Below are positions 1 to 7,147 of a stretch of DNA of 64,000 nt, piece by piece. The stretch is from a virus (lineage: Duplodnaviria; Caudoviricetes): IMG/VR virus record IMGVR_UViG_3300036546_000248; one strand, 5' to 3'. The stretch's first letter is position 1. Each line of letters starts with the position of its first letter. The position numbers and the translations under genes are program-made. The notes below the pieces were generated by a model. That model saw only the letters and a program-made list of their open reading frames with translations, ran no database searches and had not been told where the DNA came from.

Positions 1-2
1 CA

Positions 3-440
3 ATTCAGAAGATCGCTCAGGATGAGTTTGAAGTGCACGTAGAGTTGGACCGCATGGTGCTGAACAACGAGTTGCAGACCGAGCGTGGTAAGATCGCTTA
101 TCAGCAACTCAAGCCGCGCATGCAAGCGGTGTACGATGCAGTCATCAATGCCGAAGTGACCTGGCTCAAAGACGTTCTCTGGGCTGACGGTTACGACCTA
201 CAGAACCTCAACCTCAAGCAAGCAGTGGATTGGGTTCACTGGTGTGGTCTGAACGTTGCGCGTCCTATGGGTCTGGAAGTGACTCACCCTGTGGTCGATC
301 GCATTCCGGTTCACTACATGAAGACCTGGCTGAACATCTCTGACATCCAAGCTTCGCCTCAGGAAGAAGCCAACGGTCAGTATAAAGTGGGCATTATGGA
401 ACGTGACGACGAGGACATCGAGTTCGCGGTGGACTTCTGA
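3..440 (+). CDS. nrdB: Ribonucleotide reductase class Ia beta subunit, C-terminal part (5' end outside window)
   Basis: Frame is open from position 3 (IQKIAQDEFEVH, a DExxH iron ligand motif). The tail QASPQEEANGQYKVG matches the NrdB C-terminus with its conserved Tyr. Confidence 0.9.
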   Translation: MQKIAQDEFEVHVELDRMVLNNELQTERGKIAYQQLKPRMQAVYDAVINAEVTWLKDVLWADGYDLQNLNLKQAVDWVHWCGLNVARPMGLEVTHPVVDRIPVHYMKTWLNISDIQASPQEEANGQYKVGIMERDDEDIEFAVDF

Positions 441-523
441 TGAACACGGTTCTGTTAGTACTTTTCGCGGTGTTGCTGGGCGTTATTTCCTGGTGCGTGC
501 GAAGTGAGGAAGACCATGGTTAA
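440..523 (+). CDS. Putative 27-aa single-pass membrane peptide (MNTVLLVLFAVLLGVISWCVRSEEDHG)
   Basis: ATG overlaps the nrdB stop (TGATG); hydrophobic stretch; below the ORF-track size cutoff. Confidence 0.45.
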   Translation: MNTVLLVLFAVLLGVISWCVRSEEDHG

Positions 524-785
524 TCAAGTCCGTCCTCTGGAGCGTTTGGCATTTCTCTTCGAATGTCGGGAATACCCCATCCGTGAAGAGAACCGTCATG
601 GTTATGTGGTGTCCGATCGAGACGAGAAGCGGTTCTTTACGATCATCAACGGCGTATGTCGACCTGATGAAGTACAGGACTACTTCAACACTCAAGGAAT
701 CGGCCGTTTGGTATTGGACAATCCGCTGTTTGAAGTGGGTGAGCCAGTCGAGATTCACTTTAACACTCCTCTTTGTGGTTTCTAA
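516..785 (+). CDS. Hypothetical protein (89 aa)
   Basis: ATG at 516 preceded by GAGGA; followed by a terminator. Confidence 0.7.
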   Translation: MVNQVRPLERLAFLFECREYPIREENRHGYVVSDRDEKRFFTIINGVCRPDEVQDYFNTQGIGRLVLDNPLFEVGEPVEIHFNTPLCGF

Positions 786-794
786 CCACTTGGC

Positions 795-870
795 CTCTAA
801 GGGACTTCGGTCCCTTAGAGTGCTCTTTATGCCGGCATAAAACCCATGAGGCCCGAAGGCCTCATGGGTT
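795..870. terminator. Back-to-back terminators of convergent units
   Basis: CTCTAAGGGAC-TTCG-GTCCCTTAGAG (+) and AACCCATGAGGCC-(TTCG)-GGCCTCATGGGTT (-). Each is followed by TTTATGCCG, and the two copies overlap at 833-834. Confidence 0.85.
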
Positions 871-874
871 CGCC

Positions 875-1498
875 TTAGGCTGCCGGAGCTTCCGGTTGAG
901 CAAAGGTCCAGCTGATGGCGTTGAACGCAACATCGTCACCCAGCTCTGCAGCAGTTCGCAGTTGTTTCTCGATACCGTGGCGGTATGCGGTGAAGCCAGC
1001 CAGCGCCGGACTGTACACTGCATCATTAGCCAGGATACGCGAGACCAGGTCTTCGAAACCGTCGCCAACATTTGCAGCCACGCGCCCTTCGTTCAGTTCC
1101 ACCAGGAACGGAACTTCAGGAGCATCACCTACACGACCACCATCGATCCATGCTTGGTACGCACGGGCTTCAGTGACTTGTAGGGTCCACGTGTGTGTTT
1201 CAGCAGCGGGGTAATCGACATTGAGGACAGCCACCGCCTGATCGTAGTCAGCATTCAGACGACCCAGTTGGATGGTCAGACGCTCGGCCAGCGGCTTGGC
1301 CAGATACTCTTCTTCCGGAGTTGGGATGTGAGGTGCTTCTACAGCGATCGGATTGCCTTCGGCATCTGCATCGAGCACCTTACCGGCAGCCAACTCGATC
1401 ATCAGTGCGGTAGCAACTTCCTCGGTCAACAGAACCGCATCGTCACCCACCGGCAGGTTGAACAGGCCTTTACGAGAAGGCGAGAAATAGGTATTCAT
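875..1498 (-). CDS. Tail fibre assembly (Tfa-like) chaperone
   Basis: N-terminus MNTYFSPS..AGKVLDADAEGNPI and the YPAAETHTW..EARA motif are typical of Tfa families; lies directly downstream of a fibre gene. Confidence 0.7.
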   Translation of the reverse strand: MNTYFSPSRKGLFNLPVGDDAVLLTEEVATALMIELAAGKVLDADAEGNPIAVEAPHIPTPEEEYLAKPLAERLTIQLGRLNADYDQAVAVLNVDYPAAETHTWTLQVTEARAYQAWIDGGRVGDAPEVPFLVELNEGRVAANVGDGFEDLVSRILANDAVYSPALAGFTAYRHGIEKQLRTAAELGDDVAFNAISWTFAQPEAPAA

Positions 1499-1521
1499 TT
1501 AACGTACCTCAAGGTGATGAA

Positions 1522-2265
1522 TTACGGGGTGTACTTGATCCACAGGTCGCCGTCTTTACCGTCAGCAGCGACAGGGTCAACGGTCGACACGAAGATGTTG
1601 GCCGTCGAGGCAGTACCGAGGTTCAGTGCAGTTTGAACGTCACTGATTACCTGTGCTTTGGTGCGACCTTCAAGCTTAGCCGAATCAGCTGCCTGGGCAG
1701 TGGCGTTAAGCTTACCGGCCAGGTCGTCAGCCAGTGCAGCTTCGGCAGCCGCGACAGCTTCAGTTACAACCTGAGCTTTGCTCGAACCTTCCAACTTCTG
1801 AGAGTTTACAGCCGTAGCAGTAGCGTCCAGTTTCTGGCCGACCAGAGTGGTCAGTTCGGTGATCACATCCGGGTTGTTCTGTAGGGCTTCGGCCAGCTCA
1901 GCGATGGTGTTCAGGGCTTCCGGGGAAGCACCGATCAGCTCGTTGACAGCCGACTCGATAGCCGCTTTGGCCGACACAGCGGTGATGTACTTGACATCGT
2001 CAGTGCCCGCAACAGCTTCAGCAACCGAGGCCTTGGCGGCCACGAAGTCATTGAACCCTTGTTGCAGAGTGGCGAGGTCAGCACCCGAAGCCAGATCAGC
2101 CAGCAGAACGGCCAGTTCCAGTTCACCCACTTTGTATTGACCGAAGTCATCAGTCTTATCGACCTTGGACCCCAGCGATGCTGCGACGGAGGCAAGTGCC
2201 CCGTCTACTTTTTCCGACACCCAAGTCGAAAATTCGGCAAAGCCGAAAAAACGTTTATCAAACAT
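1522..2265 (-). CDS. Short tail-fibre-type protein with N-terminal KRFFGF anchor (247 aa)
   Basis: RBS GGAG before ATG 2265; ASPEALNTIAELAEAL collar motif, A.DS.KLEG repeats, C-terminal DGKDGDLWIKY. Confidence 0.75.
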   Translation of the reverse strand: MFDKRFFGFAEFSTWVSEKVDGALASVAASLGSKVDKTDDFGQYKVGELELAVLLADLASGADLATLQQGFNDFVAAKASVAEAVAGTDDVKYITAVSAKAAIESAVNELIGASPEALNTIAELAEALQNNPDVITELTTLVGQKLDATATAVNSQKLEGSSKAQVVTEAVAAAEAALADDLAGKLNATAQAADSAKLEGRTKAQVISDVQTALNLGTASTANIFVSTVDPVAADGKDGDLWIKYTP

Positions 2266-2367
2266 TTTTGATGCTCCGTTGAGGTGAAAATAAAGCAAGC
2301 TTGAAAAAGGTGTGTCGAGAGGCCAGTTTCGAGAGCCCTTTTTCATCGCCCTCTCATAAGATTCTGA
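2266..2367 (-). promoter_or_regulatory. TATG-type promoter plus structured leader of fibre gene 1522..2265
   Basis: TCAGAATCTTATGA-N23-GAAACTGGCCTCTC, identical in sequence and spacing to 15581-15631. Confidence 0.6.
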
Positions 2368-2406
2368 TGTTTGGTCCGCTAAAGTCCTAGAACTCCCTTT
2401 ATTTTT

Positions 2407-3186
2407 TTAATCCTTTCTGATTAAACGGATGAACCAAGCTGCTGTATCGACTTCACCCTTTTTCATCACGGTGGTCCATGAGCGAGGATGTGCGTGGTGG
2501 TTGTTGTGTAAACCACAAGCACCAAAACTCAACAAGTGCATGCTCGGGGAGTTTTGAGAATGGTCGGGTGTGTCGAAACTACGGTAGTTCAGAGGTGCCT
2601 TAGCATGAAGCATGTAGTTTTGGACCGTAGAAAGAAAGGGTCCCAACGCCCAAGGCAAAAGTACAATGAACATCAACCCATTGATCCCCGCCAACCAATA
2701 CCACAGACACGCCCACCCCAACATCCAAAGAACGTAGTATTGGTGCAGTGATTTGTGGATAGGGTCACGAGCCAAGTAACGAACAGAATGTAACGTTCCC
2801 GTGTAAGGATAACGCCACACCAACAACTCCCAGAACTTCGAGTATTGTGCACTGTGTGGATCTTTCTCGGTATCCGAGTATTGATGATGGGCGGCGTGGA
2901 TCATCGCCCAACCCATGGTCGATCCAGTTCCCGGTACCACACTGGTCAGTACTGCCAATAACCACTCAACAGGTTTGCTAAGTTGATACGCCCCATGAGT
3001 ACAGAAGCGATGGGCAAAGGCTTCGATCAAACAAATGTTGAAAAACGCCACCACACCCAAAGTCGCCCACAACCACTGGTAATTCAGTTGTGTTGTGTAG
3101 TGAAGAACCGGTAGTAGTGTCACTACTAACAACACCTGCAGCGGCATGAACTCGCCCCGCGAACGAGTGTATTCCCAAAGTTTCAT
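2407..3186 (-). CDS. Membrane fatty-acid desaturase (delta-9/DesC-like), copy 3
   Basis: His boxes HRFCTH, HAAHH, HNNHH plus transmembrane segments. Confidence 0.9.
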   Translation of the reverse strand: MKLWEYTRSRGEFMPLQVLLVVTLLPVLHYTTQLNYQWLWATLGVVAFFNICLIEAFAHRFCTHGAYQLSKPVEWLLAVLTSVVPGTGSTMGWAMIHAAHHQYSDTEKDPHSAQYSKFWELLVWRYPYTGTLHSVRYLARDPIHKSLHQYYVLWMLGWACLWYWLAGINGLMFIVLLPWALGPFLSTVQNYMLHAKAPLNYRSFDTPDHSQNSPSMHLLSFGACGLHNNHHAHPRSWTTVMKKGEVDTAAWFIRLIRKD

Positions 3187-3196
3187 ATCAACCCCC

Positions 3197-4120
3197 TTAA
3201 GACAAAAGTGTCACAAATTGTTCGAGGTACGATTCTTGGTTTGGGATTGCTCGATTAAAAGCAACCCGCAAATGATGCGTACCGTTGTAGGAGATCACTT
3301 GGAGTCTTCCCATCTGATTCTTCTTTAGAAACTGTACCAGTTCAGTAGGTTCAAAGTGACTGGAACCTATCGGGAAAGAGCCTACAAAGAAGTTTCCAAT
3401 CTTCTCACTCAAACCAAACTTCATGATCAAACGAGTGAAGTTTTCGTGACTGATGTCGAGCGAGAACTTCCCGTCTTTATTAGACCCTAAAGCATAGAGC
3501 GAGTAGTGTCCCCAATAGTCCTCACACCCTTCTACAAAGCGCGTGGTGATGATGTTAGGGTTATCCAATACCGTACAAGTCACTTGAGCGAGGTAGTCCT
3601 GTACACGCATCCCTAGGGCTTTAGCTTGACGCAAGTAACCGGTACCAATGGGGATGCTGTAGGTGTTGGCTAAACCGACCTCCCCTTCAAAGACAAAGGG
3701 TCTCAGTTCCATTGGTCCCGTCGGTTGTATTTTCGGTAAAGGTTGGTTGGATACATAAGTCCCTACCTCACCAGTTCGGGCAATGTGGAACAGTTCACGC
3801 GTGGTCTTCATGAACGTCCAACCATCAACAAACTCGTGGGACAAACCAATCCAAAATCCGTTATCGTCCTCGGTGACCGATAAGCAGGTTGGAATCTGTT
3901 GGTGGAGGTTACCGTGACCTTGTGTTACCAACACCCGATCATGTTCCACGACTTTACCATTGACCACACAGGCTTTAAGAAGTGGGATGTGATGAGTCAG
4001 TTCGTCCACCGCTTCTTGCATCAGGTTGCGGTCACATGGGAATAAAGGGACGTTCAAACTGCTGTACATCATCGCCTTTCCATCATTAAGAAAGGCTTTC
4101 TGAAGTAGGTTCAATTTCAT
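3197..4120 (-). CDS. Stand-alone condensation-domain-like / CoA-dependent acyltransferase (307 aa)
   Basis: LNLLQ, AVDELTHHIPLLKA and SHEFVDG resemble C-domain motifs C1, C2 and C3 (xHxxxDG); ATGA overlap with the upstream desaturase. Confidence 0.65.
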   Translation of the reverse strand: MKLNLLQKAFLNDGKAMMYSSLNVPLFPCDRNLMQEAVDELTHHIPLLKACVVNGKVVEHDRVLVTQGHGNLHQQIPTCLSVTEDDNGFWIGLSHEFVDGWTFMKTTRELFHIARTGEVGTYVSNQPLPKIQPTGPMELRPFVFEGEVGLANTYSIPIGTGYLRQAKALGMRVQDYLAQVTCTVLDNPNIITTRFVEGCEDYWGHYSLYALGSNKDGKFSLDISHENFTRLIMKFGLSEKIGNFFVGSFPIGSSHFEPTELVQFLKKNQMGRLQVISYNGTHHLRVAFNRAIPNQESYLEQFVTLLS

Positions 4121-4860
4121 CGTTTGATTAGCCTGATAAACCACGCCCCTGGGTCAATTTCGCCTTTTTTCATGGCCATGTCCCAGCGGTTGGGGAAAGC
4201 GTGGTGGTTGTTGTGTAGACCCTCACCCCCAAACAAAAGTGCTAAAAGTTTGGAGTTGCGTGAGTCATCATTAGTGTTCCAACTCTGGTATCCGAACCTA
4301 TGGACCCAGTCGAGCAAAACTGTTTTGCGTAATACCTGAGTACACGCCGTTGGGATCGCCCACAAATAGATCAGAGCCTCCCACGAGATCAAGGCTAGAA
4401 CACCGGCCGTTACTAGAGGATACAAAAGGTAGTACTTTTGAATACGCATCGCAACAGGGTCGTTTAGAAACTGTTTGAGTAACCGTCGGGGGATTGTGAG
4501 GTTCAGTTTCTTAGCGTTGACCAAACCCCAACCGCGATAATGGTTGTGGGGGTCGTTCGGGGTGTCTGAATGTTTGTGGTGCTCGCGGTGGATAGCAATG
4601 CTGATATAGGGATGGAGTCCTCCGGCGGCACAGATAGCCCACACCATAAACTCCCGCCAGAATGGACTGGTTTCAAATGAACGGTGTACAAAGTACCGAT
4701 GAGCCCCACAGGCGACGCCGCAGACCCAATACACTTGAAAGGCCATAAAACTCCCCAGTACCCATAAGGCACTGGGGTGAATTACGCAGAACAGACTGAT
4801 TCCCATTGCCAGCACAGCTACCAGAACCGAAGCCCTGCCACTGAACTGTAGATATTTCAT
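4117..4860 (-). CDS. Membrane fatty-acid desaturase, copy 2
   Basis: GAHRYFVH, HREHH, GEGLHNNHH. Confidence 0.92.
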   Translation of the reverse strand: MKYLQFSGRASVLVAVLAMGISLFCVIHPSALWVLGSFMAFQVYWVCGVACGAHRYFVHRSFETSPFWREFMVWAICAAGGLHPYISIAIHREHHKHSDTPNDPHNHYRGWGLVNAKKLNLTIPRRLLKQFLNDPVAMRIQKYYLLYPLVTAGVLALISWEALIYLWAIPTACTQVLRKTVLLDWVHRFGYQSWNTNDDSRNSKLLALLFGGEGLHNNHHAFPNRWDMAMKKGEIDPGAWFIRLIKR

Positions 4861-5645
4861 TTACGGATCACCTTGATAATCCAATAAGCTGGATCGAATT
4901 CCCACCACTTCTCACGAAGGTTAACGGCCGTTTGGTCGTGATGGTGGTTGTTGTGCCAACCTTCACCCCCGGAGATGAGTGATACGAACCACCAGTTGTG
5001 ACTCAAGTCAGGTGTTTCGTGGTTACGGTAACCCAGTCCCGGTACGTGTCCTGACCAAACCACAAACCGCAAAGTCATGTGACACATACCACCTGGAACG
5101 AGGTACAACCAGAAGAGTGCAGTCAGAGGATCAAGTCCTGCAAGTACACCCACCGAGGTCAGACCAGCTGCCAACAGCGCTACGATCAAGAAGTAATACT
5201 TGATAGTCAATCCGTGCATCGGGTCACTTGCCAACATCTTAAGCAACATGCGGTTGCCTTTGAAGTTTTCGTGGCTGAAGGGTGAGACTCCTGTGCGGAT
5301 AAAGTCGATATACGGATCATCGTCTTCATCGGCATGTTTGTGGTGCTTGATGTGCAGATCAGCCCATACACAAGGCGGACCTGTCAAGGCACCTACGCAA
5401 CTGACTGCCATCACCCACTGCCAGAAACGACTGGTTGTGAACATCCGGTGAGAGAAATAACGATGCGCTCCCACCACCAATCCCATCACTTGCAAAAACT
5501 GCCAGATAGCAAGGGTTGCAAACAACAGTCCCCAACTCATGCCAAAGACGTACGCCACCAAGGGCGCTGTAAGGACACAGGCTGCGGTCAACCGATTAAC
5601 GACTTTAAGTCGTGAGTAGGTAATCATGAAAGGTGGGGTTTGCAT
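4857..5645 (-). CDS. Membrane fatty-acid desaturase, copy 1
   Basis: GAHRYFSH, HIKHH, GEGWHNNHH. Confidence 0.92.
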   Translation of the reverse strand: MQTPPFMITYSRLKVVNRLTAACVLTAPLVAYVFGMSWGLLFATLAIWQFLQVMGLVVGAHRYFSHRMFTTSRFWQWVMAVSCVGALTGPPCVWADLHIKHHKHADEDDDPYIDFIRTGVSPFSHENFKGNRMLLKMLASDPMHGLTIKYYFLIVALLAAGLTSVGVLAGLDPLTALFWLYLVPGGMCHMTLRFVVWSGHVPGLGYRNHETPDLSHNWWFVSLISGGEGWHNNHHHDQTAVNLREKWWEFDPAYWIIKVIRK

Positions 5646-5648
5646 GCG

Positions 5649-6287
5649 TTACTCCTGAAGGCTTTCGACGGTGGCTAAACTCTCCACCGGAACGTTGGTA
5701 CATTGGGCTTTGACTTCTTCTACAGTTGCTTCATAAACATAGACCAGGAACGCATTGTCTTGTCCGGTATTACGGAAGCTGTAGTCTTGGGGTTTAGTCA
5801 AACGAAGGTGTTTGATGCTATTGAACACCCCGCCGTCATTTACCTGAAGAGCCCCTTCTACGATAAAGACATTTTGCTCCATCTCTCGAGGGGTGATCAC
5901 ACACGACTCACCGGGAGCCAACGCGTAGTTCTTCGACAGGTAGAGCTTGGCCATCGGGTCTTGTGCATTGATGCACATAAACCGATTGCGATCCTCCATC
6001 CCCAGCAGATGAAAACTACCCTTGATGGTCACACGACTCTCATCGCCACCGTCACCACGACTCCGAATGAATTCGGGTGTAACGGTAGAGCCGACTTTAA
6101 AAGCCCCTTCGATAAAGGCGTTGAATCGGTAGGTGTTGATACCTGCATCGCTGGAACCCAAAGTCGCTTGTGCGGGCACGTCTACAGGTACTGCGGCGAT
6201 CTTGTTTTTTTCCAGAACCAGTTCGAACAAGTCAAAGCCATTTACGCGAGTGACGTTCCAACCGTTACGGGTATAGGTTGTACTCAT
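5649..6287 (-). CDS. Cupin-like beta-barrel protein
   Basis: C-terminal pattern LAPGESCVI..VFIVEGALQVN..FRNTG..AFLVY resembles RmlC/pirin-type cupins; ATG directly follows the upstream TAA. Confidence 0.5.
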   Translation of the reverse strand: MSTTYTRNGWNVTRVNGFDLFELVLEKNKIAAVPVDVPAQATLGSSDAGINTYRFNAFIEGAFKVGSTVTPEFIRSRGDGGDESRVTIKGSFHLLGMEDRNRFMCINAQDPMAKLYLSKNYALAPGESCVITPREMEQNVFIVEGALQVNDGGVFNSIKHLRLTKPQDYSFRNTGQDNAFLVYVYEATVEEVKAQCTNVPVESLATVESLQE

Positions 6288-6524
6288 TTAAATCTCCTCC
6301 GTGACTTCTCGAGTCACTTGGGTTTCTTCCAATCCTTCGTTGTGATTGGTGGCGGGTTGATGAGGCAGACCGCAGTTGAACAGAACCGCATAGGCCATCC
6401 CTTGAAGGAATGCTTCGTCTGGAGGGAGTGCACCCACATCCATAGGCTCGTAAAAGATCTCCACATTCCCATGCAGTGTTTCTACCACCACACTCTTTTC
6501 ATTACGACTGACAAAATTAAACAT
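6288..6524 (-). CDS. Small acidic hypothetical protein (78 aa)
   Basis: Tightly packed between the adhesin-like gene and the cupin gene. Confidence 0.65.
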   Translation of the reverse strand: MFNFVSRNEKSVVVETLHGNVEIFYEPMDVGALPPDEAFLQGMAYAVLFNCGLPHQPATNHNEGLEETQVTREVTEEI

Positions 6525-6534
6525 GGAGTCACCT

Positions 6535-7086
6535 TTATGGGAGGAGTTTAACGACAGTGGATTTATTGAGGATAGCGCTTCTTACAGTCGTAAATTGTGC
6601 CGCGGTTATAGCAACAGAAAAGACAATTGTACTGGTGCCAGTTTTAGTGTTTGTAACAACTGTAAAGGCTCCTGAGAACGTCACCCCACCAATTACCAGT
6701 TTGGTCGCGTAGGACCAAGCAGGTCTCGCTCCACCCGTATTGACTTCAAAAGACACACTGTAGCTACCGGCATAATTCATTACCGAACAAGTCGAAATGG
6801 CGTAGCCAGATAACGTGGTCGGTGAAACCGAGCCGTACGTGGCTGAGCCGAAACCCACATTCTCATACCCAGATGTGGGTACATAGGAAACGGCACCCAA
6901 AGTGATTTCAGCCAGACTGTTGTTAACGGCCTTGCCGCGCAACATCGACAAGTTCACCTGACCACTGAGTGCACCTACTAGTTGACGAATAGAGGCATCA
7001 CTCAAATTTAATTGTTGATTGGCAGGACGACCCAATTCAGTATTGATCATACTGAATGTGATCGGACCGGAAGTAGGCAATGCCAT
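6535..7086 (-). CDS. Putative fibre-tip adhesin (183 aa)
   Basis: N-terminal MALPTSGPITFSMINTELG..LSMLRGK domain is common in small proteins that follow S74-bearing fibres; beta-rich C-terminus. Confidence 0.55.
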   Translation of the reverse strand: MALPTSGPITFSMINTELGRPANQQLNLSDASIRQLVGALSGQVNLSMLRGKAVNNSLAEITLGAVSYVPTSGYENVGFGSATYGSVSPTTLSGYAISTCSVMNYAGSYSVSFEVNTGGARPAWSYATKLVIGGVTFSGAFTVVTNTKTGTSTIVFSVAITAAQFTTVRSAILNKSTVVKLLP

Positions 7087-7101
7087 GGTGTATTACCTCG
7101 C

Positions 7102-7136
7102 AATAAAAAAGGACTGAGTCGTAGCGGCTCAGTCCT
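7102..7136 (-). terminator. Intrinsic terminator between the long fibre gene and the adhesin/desaturase cassette
   Basis: AGGACTGAG/CTCAGTCCT stem followed by a T-tract on the minus strand. Confidence 0.75.
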
Positions 7137-7147
7137 ATACACAGGGC

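Noticed and set aside
2266-2367. Fibre leaders as a known riboswitch (cobalamin, glycine, c-di-GMP)
   Set aside because: Only short fragments such as GGGAAACUGG or CUCUC resemble them. The defining cores are absent and the leaders are too short.
6288-6524. 78-aa acidic protein as the acyl carrier protein of the desaturase cluster
   Set aside because: It has no DSL/DSx phosphopantetheine Ser motif and no four-helix pattern.
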